A DNA stretch of 64,000 bases, filler included, from Basidioascus undulatus (Eukaryota): the NCBI GenBank assembly GCA_000826855.1. It is 3 parts of 3 records of this genome, joined end to end, with 100 filler letters (N's around TTAATTAATTAA, not from the genome) between each part and the next. Parts side by side here need not be neighbours in the genome. Positions count along the whole stretch, not along the records: positions 21,725 to 43,331 come from JTLS01000327.1; 2 more parts are not named here. One strand, written 5' to 3'. The position numbers and the translations under genes were made by a program. Below the pieces are notes generated by a model that was not told the origin of the DNA, ran no database searches, and was given only the letters and a program-made list of their open reading frames with translations. This document shows, one piece after another, positions 24,182 through 38,302 of the stretch. How positions within the stretch are numbered: the stretch's first letter is position 1; every line of letters begins with the position of its first letter.

Positions 24182-27100
24182 ATGGGCTACGTGAGTGCCC
24201 CTTTACAGTGCCAGTGCTATTCGGGACTGATGCAGTAAGAACTTTCTACAGTTGCATCAATACGACTACATCTTCGCCCTTGGCCTAAGAAAGTTCCTCC
24301 TCCGCTCTGCAATCCCTTCAAGAGACTAACCTGGGGGAGGGCCAACAGTCGGCGCGTTCGCGGACGCTTTCGGGTGTGTTACTCCACACACAGCTACACA
24401 TTCAATCCCTCTGGCCGCGAATCTGACAGTCCACCCTTCACTCCCCTCCTCAGCAACGGTGCAAACGATGTTGCCAACAGCTTCGCGACCTCGGTCTCGT
24501 CCCGAAGCTTGACCCTCTTCCAAGCTTGCTGCCTCGCGGTAGTCTGCGAGTTCCTCGGTGCAATTTTAGTACGTTTGGGCAGTGAATATTCCGTGGTGGT
24601 CAAAGACTATAGATTAGAGGCTGATGGGGAGGAGACTGCAGGTCGGCAGCCGCGTTTCTGATGCGATCCGGAAGAAGATCATCAAGCTGGCGCTGTTCGA
24701 GGAGGACCCTGCTGTCTTGGTGAGGCTGTCCCTTAAGTTGAGTTAGTGGCTCCCACTCATCTAAGATTTATCTCTTTTAGATGCTGGGCATGGCTTGTGC
24801 GGTTATCGGCTCGTCGACCTTCGTCATCCTCGCCACGCGCTACAAGTTCCCGGTGTCTTCCACCCACTCCATGTGAGTCACTCAGTGCTCAACCGTGTCC
24901 TGTCTACTAAGTGAAACTGGGATTTAGCGTTGGCGCGCTTTGCGGAGTCGGTATCGCCGCGGGCGGAGGGAACGAGGTCGTCTGGGGCTGGTCGGGCATG
25001 GCCCAGGTCTTCGTGCGTGCTTACTTCCATTGATGTATTGTGGTGTTGTTTTCCTGACTTTACAATTTGGTGACACAGGCTGCATGGGGCGTTGCGCCTG
25101 CCATCGGAGGAGGTTTCTCCCTCGTCATCTACCTGTGCGTCCGCTCAGTTTTCTCTTTCCACACCTTGCAGCTAACGGGTCCTTGTCTCCTCCCTTGTCG
25201 GGATGCAGCATCACCAAGTACGCGATCCTGACCCGCCAGAACTCCACCACGCTGGCAATCTGGTCCATCCCGGTGTACTTCTTCGTTTCCGTGGCGGTCC
25301 TTACGATGGCTATTATCTGGTGCGCATCGTTGCCTTCCCCCATCCCTCTCGTCCATTCCATCTGAATCCCTCTGTGTAGGAACGGAGCACCCCGTCTTGG
25401 TCTAGACAAGCTCAGCCAGGGCGCGACCATCGGGGGGATTCTGGGCACCGCTGCCGTCGCGGCTATCCTGGCTGCGCTCTTCCTGGTCCCGTACGTCCGC
25501 CATGTGGGAGCACCTTGCGTTTCGGGTGATTGACCTCGTGCCGGGAACAGCTATGTTTACGCTCGTGCTATCCGGGGAGACTACACCGTTCGCTGGTACC
25601 ACCTTGCCATCGGTCCCCTGCTCTGGTGGCGCCAGCCGCCCGCCGACGCGGGCAAGTACACTGCTCCGGACGCTGTCCCGGACTACTACAAGGGTGCGCG
25701 ACTGCTCTTCACCTTTCCCTCACCGCTCTCCAAACTTTAACTCCCCTTTCAATCCCAGGCTACCGCGAGGAAGCCGGCGACCTCGCCGAGGGCCTCGACC
25801 CCGTTAACCCCGAAGCAGTCCTCACTGGGGAGAAGACGTCGCATGAGAAGACGTCCGAGCCCGTCTCTGAGGTGGGCCACGACTTGAACAAGGACTCGAA
25901 GCTGGCGGAGGCGGAGCACAAGGATCTTCCGCTCCGGATGAAGATTTTCAAGTTCATTTGCAAGACTGTGCGTAGCCTCACCTCTCATTACACATGGTGT
26001 ATCTGACGGAAACGCGCACGGCTGTCGCAGCCCCTCGGCGGGCCCTTTGTTGATGTCCTCGAGACGCAGCTCAAGGGCAAGGGCGGCACGAAGGAGGAGG
26101 AGCGCATTCGCGCCATGCACCAGCGGGCGGTTCAGTAGTGCGTTTTCTTTCCTTCAGGGCCCTGCTCGTCTCGTACCAATAAAGCTAACACACAATTTTT
26201 TTTAACCGCAGCGACAACAAAACGGAGCTCGCGTACTCGTTCATGCAGGTCCTGACGGCTTGCACTATGTCGTGCGTATCTCTGGCTCGCAATGCTTGTT
26301 TAGGACACGCAGCTCACTTCCCGGCACGCTGTACAGATTCGCCCACGTACGACCGCCTTCCCAACGTGATCCTGACATCCCTGGGAACTGAGAGCCTATT
26401 TCAATTCACAGGGCAGTAACGACATAGCCAACTCCGTCGGGCCCACGGCCACGATGTCAGTCTTACTGCTTGTTTCAGAGCGCGTGCTGTCGCTCACCTT
26501 CTCCCTTCAGGTATCTCATCTGGTCCACAGGAACGCTCGCCAAAAAGGCCGACATCCCTATCTGGATTCTCGCTTTCTGTGCCGCCTCCCTCTGTATCGG
26601 TCTCTGGACTTGTGCGTGCTCCCCGTCCCCGTCCCCGCCTCCTCATTCCCTCCTCCCCCTTCTGCACTCTACTTTTCTTCCCACAACACCCCTTTCTCCC
26701 CTTCTATCCTGCTTCTCTCCCTCTCACGCCGCTTCTTATCTTTTATAACCGAAAGGTACTGACCACGCCCCCTTACCAGACGGCTACAACATCATGCGCG
26801 TCCTCGGGAACAGGATTACTCTCCACTCTCCCTCGCGCGGCTTCTCGATGGAGCTCGGCTCCGCAATCACAGTGATCATTGCCTCGCGCCTCGCGCTCCC
26901 CGTCTCGACGACGCAGATCCTCTGCGGCTCGACCGTCGCGGTCGGGCTTGCCAGCGGGGGGAAGGCGATCAATTGGGGGATGGTCGTGTGAGATTCCCCT
27001 TTCCCCTCACCTCCCTCCTTTAAGCAAGCTGACCACTGATCGCGGGCGTTCGATGACCAGATGGATCATCCTGGGCTGGGTGCTGACGGTGCCCATTGCG

Positions 27101-27253
27101 GGGCTGTTCGCGGGTCTGCCGTTCGCTATCATGTAAGTCCCAGCGTTCGATGGGTGTGTACCATATCGGACCTGAACTCACGACACACACACGCACACGC
27201 GCCCGGTTTCAACCTGCAGCATCAACGCGCCGCGCTTCGGCTACTCTTCTTAA
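24182..27253 (+). CDS. PHO89: PiT-family Na+/phosphate symporter (Pho89-like), about 21 exons
   Basis: Motifs LHQYDYIFA, NGANDVANSFATSVSSRSL, PVSSTHS, SFAHGSNDIANSVGP, YNIMRVLGNRITLHSPSRGFSMELGSAIT, LPVSTTQ, WVLTVPIAG. Confidence 0.95.
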
Positions 27254-28229
27254 GAGAGCAAGGGCATTTCCGAAATTTTTGGCTTGTTTCTATGCATCAC
27301 ATTCCCTTATCGCAGACTTGGGAATTTCTGGAATGGTTTGATTTGTATGTCTTGGTCTCCGAGCTTGGAGGTATGTCAGCGAGCGTACATCGCCAGGACA
27401 ACGTCTCCAGCAACAACAGACTCTCAAGAGAAAGCAGTGTGACCGTGATGCGATAGATGGGATATAGCTATACCATTAACAGGCCATGTTTACGATTCCG
27501 CCAAAGAATTTCAAGCTTTAAAGAGCTTTCTGTCACGCATGCCGGTTCTTGAAACGGAACTGCGTGCCCGTCTTCGGCATTCCTTGCCAGGCAGGAACAG
27601 CGAGGATGCCCATGAAGTAGAGTGGCTTTATTGAGGTTCCCAAAAATTGTGCAAACTTTTTCGATTCCCAATCAGCACCAGTGGTCCATTCGAAGAAACC
27701 ATTCAGCAGCTTCCTGTGCAGTGGACGCCGGAGCGTTGGTGGCCGTCGACCTCCCGGAGGGCATGATCTTGAACGTTCCGTACCAAAAATTGTCAAACTC
27801 AATGTACAGACCGGCTTTTCCTTTCAGTATTATGATGCAAAAAGATCAGTCCCAGTGCAACGACGCCCCGCCGCCGTTGCGTGACCGTTGCTGGGGACCG
27901 ACACGGCGACGACGCGAGACTTTACAGCGATCTATATACTGCATTTGAACTCTTAACCGAGGATGTATTCAGGCCGGATTCCGCCTCCATTTCTCTGTCT
28001 CTGGCGGGCGGCGGCACAGCTGAAGCGGCTGAAGTAGTCACTAGTCCTGCAAAAGGCCGCCACTGCGCGAAACGCACACACCACCTTCTCTGGCAGTAGA
28101 AGAGCGGAAGCAGTCTCTTATCCTGTTCAAAGTGAAGGTATCATGTCCAAACCCATCATTCTTGCACCCTCGACACTCCCCCAGCACCGTAAAGTCCATT
28201 CCGCCCCCTACCCCGCCCTCTCCGCGCCC

Positions 28230-29732
28230 TCAGAGCTTGTGCTTCCTTTCCTTCCTCATGATCGCCTGTATCCCTCCCCTTCAGTATTAGCGCAGACTTC
28301 CCGTCCTTCAAACAGCAGCAGCAACAGTTCCCGACGCACCCCGAAAGCCTCTGCCGGCCGGCCGGTCGCGAACGACTCGGCCTGGGAGTACGTCTCGCGC
28401 AGGTTGACCGCGTCCGGGTCGCGGTTCCCCCTGAGCCCTGCTTGGATGAGGTTCTTGATTCGGAGGAGCGACGCGCGGTCGAGGCCGTCGAAGGAGATGC
28501 GCAGGTCGGTCAGGAGCGCGGGGAGGAAGGCGGAGTGCGAGGGGTCGGAGGGGTAGAGCTTGCTTTGTGGGGGGGGAATGGACAGGGGAGGGTGAGCAGA
28601 TCGAAAGGAGGTTGTGGAGATAGGGAGGGGTGCGGGAGGGGACGCACTTTATGAATCCCACGCTGTGAAGCTCGGAGGCGGACATCTTCTTCCCGAGGAT
28701 GAGGGCTTCGTTGGCCTTCGCGAGACCTAACTCACGAGAAGAAACCAGCAGTCCGTCAGATATTTCATACTCAGACGCTCGACGATCAGCAATGGGGATG
28801 GTTGACGTACCCATGCGGTTCACAAACGTCACCGACGACCCGCCCTCGGCGACGATCGATAGGGACGAGAACGGCGTAAGGAGCCAGGCGTCCTCGACGG
28901 CATAGATAAAGTCAAAGTGGCCGAGGAAGGCTGTGCGTGGAGTTCACATTGGCAAATCAGAATGGTGCCTCACTGGCGGAAGCCGAACCTGGGTATGGGC
29001 AGGAACGGAAGACCCACCGGCAGTGATCCCTGCCACCCGTACGCAAGCCGAGCTTTCAGCATCACTTCCACACTCGCATCTGGATAAGAGCGGCGGCGCA
29101 CCAACGACAGGCCCATTCAGCGCGGCAATGAGCAGCTTCGGGTGGTTTGCCAGCGCGCGGCCTTCCTCGCGACCCCGCTCACGTTAGTCAGCGAGTGTAC
29201 CGCCTTCGTCCCGAGCCTCCTCCGGCGCTACGCACCGACGTCCGTATTTCCTAGCACCAGCCCCATGAGGTACTGCCTCCGCATCTCCGAACTACCCACA
29301 GCGACGCCCGCGGGCGGCGCCTTCTGGTGCGAGACGTCCGTGCCGGCGCTGAAGAAGCGGCCTTGGCCTGTCACGACGGTGGCGAACACTGCCATTGTGT
29401 CTCCCCGTAAGCTTCGGCAGCATGGGGAAACATATTACTGCTCTGAGCTGCGGAGGTAGGCCAGCTTACCGTCCTCCCGTTCTGCAACCTCCAGAAGAAG
29501 CTCCGCCCAGCGCGCGTAATCTGAGTTCCACCGCCAGTCAGTCATCAGTTCGAGTGTCTTTCCTCTTTCCCCCACTCGAGCGAGAGGTCCAAATATTATA
29601 TGTGAGGAGAGAGGGTGAGGTACCCCAAGGTTTGAGTCCATTGAGCGTCTTCGGGCGCGCGAAGGTGATGATGGCGATGCCGTCCTCAACAGTGAGGAGG
29701 ACGCCGTCCCGGCGGTCTTGGTAAGTAGTCAT
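28230..29732 (-). CDS. ECI1: Peroxisomal delta3,delta2-enoyl-CoA isomerase (crotonase superfamily)
   Basis: Motifs GIAIITFARPKTLNGL, VVTGQGRFFSAGTDV, HPKLLIAALNGPVVG-ITA-AFLGHFDFIY, AEGGSSVTFVNRMG, NLRETYSQ and a C-terminal KHKL* PTS1. Confidence 0.9.
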
Positions 29733-30090
29733 GATGAGAGTTTGTTCGAAGGTTAGCACAAATTGTGACTGAGGAGATGATGGTTCGATCGAAGGTGAAG
29801 TGCAGGCGCACACGATATGGGGGGCAGGTCATGAAGCGAGCGAGGACCGGGTCGGCAAGAGTGTCGAGCCGTTTCGCGTCTGCGGCCGGGAGGGAGTTGC
29901 CGGCGACGTTACAGCCAGCTCGACTGCTTCCTCTTCCTATGACTATGTACCACCTTTTTCGTTGGCTTCTCTTTCCTAGCTGTAAGCAGCAGTCCCGCAA
30001 ACCCCCAACTACCGACCAGGCGCATCTGTATCACGAAGTCATCCAGACCCATCCCCGTCCCCCAATCCGCATTTAAAAAGAAACAAACAA

Positions 30091-33000
30091 ATGCACATCG
30101 CCTCGGAACACAGACACAGAAGGAAGGAGAAGCAAGCGCAGCAGATAGAGTGGGAAATCAGGCCTCGCAGTACAACGGCATGCCTCCTTTGCCGGAGGAA
30201 AAAGGTCCGCTGCGATGGAGCGAAGCCGACTTGCGCTGGCTGTGCGGTACGTTCCAGGTTAAGAGCGCAGGCGATGAAGGACGCTTGACTGAAAAAGAGG
30301 GATGTGGTCGTAGCTGAGTGGGCAGCTGTGTTCGTGGGATACTGAGGGCGATAGACGAAAGTGCGTCAAGTCCCACAACCTCTGTCGTCCCAGGGTTTAC
30401 TCACTTCCCACTTGCAGACCTTTTACCAAGAAGGTGCATCGACACGCCCTAGCCGCTCTGCTGAGTATTTCAAACTCACTGAGGACTTCGTAATTTGCCT
30501 GGTTCCTTGTGCGACAGATCCGAGATGCACTCGAGCTGCGGATAGCGACGCTCGAGTCCGAGCTCAACCAACTGCGCAACCCTCCCTCCCTTCCGCCGAC
30601 ACGTCCCTCCTCCCCAAGTATGCATACACCACCGACACACGCCCCCGCTCCATCAGCCTTCTGCGGCGGGCTGGCCTTCAACTCACACCGCGAGCTCCGC
30701 TTCGCGGGGCCGACGTCCGACCTTCCCCCGCACCTCGCTCCCCTCTCGTCCGTCCCCGCCCAGCTGCTCACGCACGCGCCCGACCCGTCCACAACGCCCT
30801 TGCCCGTCCCGCCTGGCATCCCGCGCGAGCTGCTCGACCGCATCCTCTGCCTCGCGTTCGACCACGGCCTGGCGTTCGCACGCCTTGTCCCCCGCAAGGC
30901 GTTCTTCGAGAACCTCCTCGCACGCCCGAATGAGCGCACGCACCACTACTCACCCTTCCTCCTTAACGCTATCCTTGCGATAGGGTGCAGGTACCTGGAC
31001 GAGGACGAGACGCTGAGCGAGGTCTGCAAGGAGGACGGCGGGTGGGACACACGAGGGGATGTGTTCAGCGAGAGGGCGCTGGCGATGCTCGTTGATGAGC
31101 ACATGAAGTGCGTGCATCTCCCGCTTGCTCTACATATGCGCTTATTGACCGCCGTGCCGCTCCAACAGCCCTTTGATATCCACCATCCGCGCACTGCTCA
31201 TCCTCGCCGTCTATGCAACGTCTTCGGGAAGAGAGTACGTGCCGCAAGCCGTTTCGATTCAATACAAAGACGCTAACTTTGATGTCCGTCACAGAGGACC
31301 AGGCTGGTTCTATGCAGGTAGAGGCTCTTCCTCTTTCGTTGACCCCCCTGCGTTCGTGACACATTCTCCCCACTGCGTCTGCAAGGCATGTCGATCCGCC
31401 TCGCTCTAGCGTGTAAGTTTTACACTCGTCCACATTCGTATTTTTATCTATGCTCACGACGCGTGTCCTCCGCTCAGTCGGCATGCAGCTCGGCATCCAC
31501 CGCCTCGCAGAGGGTGTCGGCGGCGTCGACGGCGAGCTGATCGAGGCGCGCAAGATCTGCTTCTGGTCCATCTTCATTATCGACGTTCTCCTCTCGATGC
31601 GGCACGGGCGCACAGGCTCTTTCCCCGCGGAGCACATCGACGTGGAGCTCCCAACTGTCTCGCCCGAGGTCGACGCGTCGTGGCCCTCGAACGTCGTCCG
31701 TAAACATCTCTCTTGACCCCTTGTTCAGTTGCGGTCTGACTGGGGAGAACGTTTGCTCATTGTGGTATGGGCGTTTCAGACCTCAGCATTTCGCGCAGAG
31801 AGCAAGCTAATGTTAATTGGGGCGCGCATCGTAAGTTGTCGGACTGCTGCCGGAGGTTGTACCTGCTCATGGTGTTCTCGCGACTTGACGTAGATGGCCG
31901 CTATTTACACACCTGACAAGAGCGTCAGTGTGCGCACGCGAGCGAAAGCTCTACCAGAGCTTAACCTCGAGCTGGAACGCTGGTGCGTCCACCTGCGACC
32001 TTGTCCGGAATAGCAAGTAACGCGACCGGGACAACAGGTACCACGACCTCCCTTCTCATCTACGCGCATTCACGCACTCTCCTGGCGAGGCGCCCGAAAG
32101 TCACATCATCTGCCTCAACGCAACATACTACATGTACGGCCGTCTCCCGTCGCTCGCTCGCATAGGATGTCCTGACAACTGATAATGTTCGGGCTGAGAA
32201 CAGGATGATGATCCTCCTGCACCGGCCTTTCATCCGTCGCGACGCGCTGGCATCCGATACGCACAAGTGCGTCGTCGCCGTGCGCGAGATCGTGCGGCTC
32301 GTGAAGCTTCAGAAGAGTAGTGCCGGGCTCGCATGCGTTCCGCCGCATATTCACCAGTGTGTCCTTCGTGTGCTTTGCCCCACAGGACGGTGCCGTTTTG
32401 ATCATTGTATGGCAGACCGCTCTTGACGGCCGGCACGTTTCTCGCGCTCCTGGCGTTCTCGGACGTGGCGCAGCCTCCGGCGAGCGAGGAGGCGCGCTTG
32501 CGCCGCGAGCAGGCTGAACGAGATCTCAGGCTCATAATCGATGCGCTAAAGGAGATCGGACAGAGGGTGTGGAGAACCGCGAGCACGGGAGCGGACATCT
32601 TGGAGGGTGCGTCTCATGGTTGCTGATCGGTCTCAGAGTAAGCCGGGAGAATACTGCTGACGAGAGTGGGGCTTGCGGCAGGGTTGGTCAAGCAGTGGGG
32701 TGGAAAGCAGCCGTCGTCGTCAGTGCCATCGACGCAGAAACATGCACAACGACAGGATCGATCGCAGCAGGAGCATTCAGCTTCTGTGCCTTTCCCCCCC
32801 GAGGCAGCCGACGCCGTCACGCCCACGTCCTCCGTTGCTTATTCTTCCGACACCATGTCCTCCATGCCGTCCGAATCCGTCGACCCGTTCCCCATCCACC
32901 ACCCACCCGCGTCCTTCCCTTCCACCACCTTTGCCACCCCCTACGCCCCCGCACCCTCGTTCACTGCTGCGCCTGCGCCAGCCGGGACGGCCAACTTGTT

Positions 33001-33139
33001 CCAGCTCTTCCCGTTGTGGGACTACGCGCTCGGTGCGGAGTACGACATCGGCGGGGTTCTTGATGGGGTAGGCGCAGAGTTCGGTGCCGGCGGTGGAGCC
33101 ATGAGCTTTGCGGGGCTGCTAAATGGGCTTCCAGGATAG
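30091..33139 (+). CDS. Zn(II)2Cys6 transcription factor with fungal-specific TF (middle homology) domain
   Basis: ACLLCRRKKVRCDGAKPTCAGC..C; YSPFLLNAILAIG; GWFYAG-MSIRLA; EARKICFWSIFIID; ILLHRPF. Confidence 0.9.
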
Positions 33140-34606
33140 GTTGTGGGGGCTATCGGGGGACGAGGGACTACTTTCTGTCACACCCAGGATGGGCGAGACA
33201 TTCATCTGACGAAGACTCCAAGTAGGAATCTGTGCGGTTGTGTGCGGCATCGTCCGTTTGCCTTGATGCGAGAAAATGTAGAAAGCGCTTGGCCAGTTAA
33301 GTACTCCGACGTGCACGAGCGCCTTATGCTGGGTGTGAGCGTGGCCATGCCCGGGGTTTCGTTTGCTTTGTTGGAATGACTTCTCAGCTTCATGCCGGTG
33401 CCGACATTGGTGCAGCAGGATGCGGGCGGCTATGCGGGCGACGCATGAGGCAGTGAAATCCGCAATGGGGTTCCAACGACCTCAAAAGCTGCCGCAATAG
33501 TCCTTAGGAGATACTCTTAGGAGTTGTTGAGGGGGAGAGAGTTATGAAAATTTCCAACCCAGCTCCCGGTTGAGGTGTCAGAGGATGCTTTATTGGGCGC
33601 TGGTGGGAGCACATGGCCGTCGCCTCTCTTTGGCTGCAGGCACTCAGCTTTGAGCCGACGTGTCCGCTCTCCATTTGAACCTAGAACATTTTCCTTAGGA
33701 TTTTGGACCGCAAATCAAGATGGAAACGTCTCCAATTGATGCTGTTGCGAGTAAGTACCGTCAAACGCCTGCAGTACTCCAAGATGGGATTCCCGACCTA
33801 CAATTGAGATAGTACTGTCTGGTTTCGACCTACTGACTAATCTCGGCGTACTTGCAGATAAAACGCAGCAGCTCTGGTTACTCGGGTCCGGTCCTCCTTG
33901 CAGAAGACTCTAGACAAGGTGTTTCTGCGCGTGGATGGAGTGCCGGTCGCTGTCCGCAGCTTCTGATCCTCGCTGTACAGAGCAATGCGTTCCAGGTACC
34001 TACCCTCTGGACTCAAGATGTCGGAAAACTTATGTACTTTACTTTATTTCCGCCAACCACAACTTCGGCACTCTTACTACACAAAGTTGGAGTATCGGTT
34101 GTCATCGGTTTCAGAGGACAGTCTGGCCACGTTGACCTTTTTGGAAGTGCTCACTTCCATTCCAACCTTTCCTTTTGTTCCTCCTGGTGTATGCATAGCA
34201 CAAGAGAACCGCAAGTCACTCTGAGGACTCAGGTCATGGGTCTCGATCCTGGGTTTGAAAGAGAAAGCCCGCAGAACAGCGTCCGACCCGCGACGGACCG
34301 CTCGCTTCCGCCATATGGCTGCCTCCAACCTGAGGACCTTCGATGCGTCGCTACAAACCCTTATGCATTGTAATCAGAGCGCTTCAGACTGCGTTGTAGT
34401 TGATGGGTTGCTGGTTGTTGCAGCAAACGTAATAAGCTCCTACAGGTTGCTGCTCCGATAGTGAAACTTTATATGAAAAATACATATCACAAGAGCGCAA
34501 CGCCGCACGTGACTGGCTGCTCCGCGTCTTCGAAGGCGAAGACGCGTCTTTGTGACTTGCCTTCCGCTCATCATCATCACGATCGCTCTATTTTCTCTTA
34601 TTGCCA

Positions 34607-37600
34607 ATGCCATCCCCGCCATCAGCGACAGCGATGTACGGACACTCGCTGCCGCTGCAGCCGGAACATTCAGCCTGGATTCCGCCGTCGACGAGCAGCA
34701 GCGCGCCGGTGCCTGCTCTGCCCCTGCCCGCTTCCGCGTCTTCGTCTGCCGGCTCGCCGACCTCAGCGCTCCCACCCGCTTCCACCAACGCGAAGGCGAA
34801 GGGTCAAAGGAATTCCAAGGCCTGCCTGGAATGTCGCTCCCAAAAGGCGAAGTGAGCGCGAATGCCAGGTGCCGATAGTCAACTCCCGGCTGATCCACGT
34901 CTTCTTCGGTATTCCCAGATGTACTGGAGGAGATCCGTGTCCGCGTTGCGAAAAGAAGGGCATCGAATGTGTCTACGATGATTTCATGTGCGTTCAAGTT
35001 CGTCTCTTTTGTTCCTGCTGGATGCTGGCTGAGGGACGTGGATTGTTTACCCAGTCGAAGACGAGGTCCGGACCGGAAACCCCGCATCGTTCCGAAGCGT
35101 AAGCCGCTCAAAAACGGCGAGCCCGGTCCTAAGGTTATGAAGGAGAAAGCGGCGCGGAAAGCGAAGGAGGAGGCCGTCGGGTCGGGTGGGAGCAGTGCGT
35201 TGTTCACGACGAGCGCGGGGAGGCGAAGAAGCAGCGTCCAGGTGCGTGGTGCTCTCGCACTTGCTTCAGGAGACGGATATTCTCAACCTCGGTCGCCAAA
35301 TACAGACGTCTCCATCTCAACTTGCACCGACATCCCCGCCATTCCAGCATGCCGAGTCAACCACCGTCTCTGTCGTCTCACCGCGCCGCCGATCCTCCCT
35401 TGCTCTCTCTCCTCATTCGACCCCCACATCTTCTTCCTCCGCGCACCTGCAAATGCCTCCCTCATCCTCGAGCAATACAATGCTTCCACCTCACTCCTCG
35501 TCCGCCGCCTATACCGACAGTGCTTCACCTCTCTACGCCGACAACGCTTCGACCTCCTACGTCACCAAGCCTTTATATTCATATGCCGACGGCACGTCTC
35601 CGCCCTACGCCGAAGGCGCCTCACCCTCCTTCTCGAGCGGCGCTTCTCCGCCTTACGTCGACGGCACGTCTCCGTCTGTCCTCCATACCGCCACCTCATC
35701 AGCCGTCGGCTGCGCGTACCCCGCTGCTCAGCAGCAACAGCCGCCGCAGCGGGTTGACACATGGCTTGTGGCCACTGCGGCGCAGGCCGCTGGCGCATGG
35801 GACATGGGCTATGCCTACTCGTCCGATGCCTCGCAATCCGTACCTCCCTTCTCTGCTTCCTCCAGCACCTCCTCCTACTCAATACCAGCCGCCTCCGTAC
35901 CGACCCAGCCCTTTTACCTTGATCTCTCCTCGCTCTCGACCCCCGCCCCACCAACGCTCGCGCACATCAGCCCGCCGCTCCCGCATCCGGCACCGTCTCT
36001 CCCGGATGTGTCCTGGGAAAGAAAGACGTATTGGGACATGCTCCTGGCCGAGCAGGGCATCAGCGATCGCTCTATTGCGCTCAGACAGATTGTGAACGAC
36101 ATCTGGATCGTGTTCTCCCGAGGAGGTAAATCCGCACGGGGGAAGCGGAAAAGTGATGGCAAGAAGACAAGAGCTGACTGTATGTCCTGGTAGAATTCGC
36201 TGCGAGTCTCTTCCACATTCGGTGCGCAACTTCCATCCCGGCCACGCCACGCCCTGAGGTGTTCTCACATCACACGTCCTCAGGCTTTTCTTCGAAGCCA
36301 TCTCCCGCCCTGAAACCCGCGTCGCGATACCCCCGTCTCTAATATACGCAAATCTCGCGGTCTCCTACGCCGTCCAGTCTCGCCCAGACTTGCCCCACTC
36401 CGCAGTCATGTGGGCGCGCGCACAGAGCATGCGCGAGCGCGCGCAGACCGCGCTCGAGGCTGCGATCAACGCCGGCGCGTTCGAGCTGGGCGTCGCGCAG
36501 GCCGCGTACATCCTCGCTTATTATGAGTTCTTGAGCATCCCGACGTCGACCTTCACGCGCATTGAAGCAGCGTACATTATTTCTCGACTATGCTGCTGAC
36601 CTCGTTACTCCTCCGCGAAGGGTTGAGGCTGACATGCTGCGATCACTTCCAGTGTTGGCCTTTGCGATATGGTCATTCGCGTGATGGGCTTGACGCGCCA
36701 GGACGCCGACCAGTTCGTATCTGCTGCTCAAATATTCTTCCTTCGTATCGTTGACTGAGAACGATTTGGCGCGCGACAACAGAAACTGCCTTCTCTTCAA
36801 CGACGATGGCATTCCGCTGAACAAGCCTGCCCGCTCGCTCGCAAGCGAATCATCGTTTGCCGCGCCAGATTGCACCTGTGACGAGTGGTCTGTCGCGAGC
36901 ATTGAGAACCGGCCGGTCGGTCCTCGGTTCAAGAGTGCGTATCTTTACATTCGCCGCGTACTTAGGAGCGGAGTAGCTGACGGCAAAGTAACTTAGCAGA
37001 TATTCCGGGATTCGCACAGGAGTGGACTCTCGCAGACATCCAGAAGGACGAGGCGAGAAGGCATGTTCAAGTATTCCGCAGTCCAGTGACGAGCAGAACG
37101 CTTACTGTAGTGCTGCCCCCAGACTCGTGTGGAGCATGGCGATGAAGGCGTGGTATCTTCAGATGCTCGGATCCGTCTCCACGCCCTTGCACGTCACAAA
37201 CCCGCCGAACTTCGGCCTCTTCCTTACCTCCGAAGCGCTCGCATTTTCTCTTCCGCCTTCTGTCCGGGTCCGCCACCCTTTCATCGTGCGCCGTTTTGTG
37301 GCATGAGCTGACTGGTAAACTGCAGACTTTGCGATACCGGCATTACTCGCTCTGGGCGTGCCACGACCGGCTCGTCCTCCTCTGTCTCGCCGCCTTCCGT
37401 CTCTCCCGCTCGCTCGCAGAACCCGAGCGCCGGCGTCGCGCAGACGCCATCGCCGCAGAGATCGAGGCGATCGAGGTGTGCCTGAACTGGAACCACCAAT
37501 GCGAAGGCGGAATGCACCTGTGGAGCGCTGCGAACATTGCATTCATGTGAGTGCCAGCCCCGGGTGCGGATCGCATAGGTCCACCAAGCGGCTAATGGGT

Positions 37601-38302
37601 CGAACGTCGAACGGAACAGTACCAGGATGATCTTGACGGCGAAAATGCAGGGCGCCCGCGCAGGGCTGGGCAGGTGCGCGAACCGCGCTTCGCGACGTTC
37701 CATAGATTGCGTTGCTGACATGTTGGCATTCGCAGCCCCGCCACATCGCCGTACTTTACGCGCCAACGCGTCGACGAGTGGCTCGATGCGCACGCGCATG
37801 TCTTCAAGCTGGTCCGTGTTCTATACCCTAATCTTTATGGAGACCGCATACTCAACAGCCGGTTCCACGAACCAGTATATTTTGCTCGGCGGCCTGAAAG
37901 AGTCGCCCTACCTGACCGCTGGGCTCCTCATCCAGGCGCAGCGATGCTTGGTGGGTTTGCGCCACGGGGACTCGTTCATCCGACTCGCCGCTGATAATAA
38001 CAATGGCGCTCAGGACCTCTACCAACTCGAGACCAGCTTCCCGCGCGCACTCCCGGTCGCGCGCAAGATCCTCAAAAGCGCCAAGATTCAGCTCGAGTTT
38101 TGGCCTTCCGGATGTGCGTGCTCAACTGCTCACTTCCAAACGCTCCAACCTAACGGGCGCTCATTCCACCATCACAGGTGGGTCGTGCCGCTACAACGAG
38201 CTCGCCAAGCTGTGCGAAAGTCTCGAAGCGCACGCGTCCGTCAATCCTCTGCCGCCGCCGCCGCACCCGCGACCGTATCCCGCCCCATCCGTTCTGGCTT
38301 GA
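34607..38302 (+). CDS. Zn(II)2Cys6 transcription factor with long Ser/Pro-rich linker
   Basis: SKACLECRSQKAK-CTGGDPCPRCEKKGIECVYD, RRRGPDRKP, QAAYILAYYEF, EARRLVWS; about 13 exons, including one GC-AG intron near 37061. Confidence 0.85.

Noticed and set aside
33852..34373. 173-aa intergenic ORF (likewise 8693-9313 and 48746-49330)
   Set aside because: Non-ATG starts, no GC3 bias and no recognisable domains; cannot be supported as genes.
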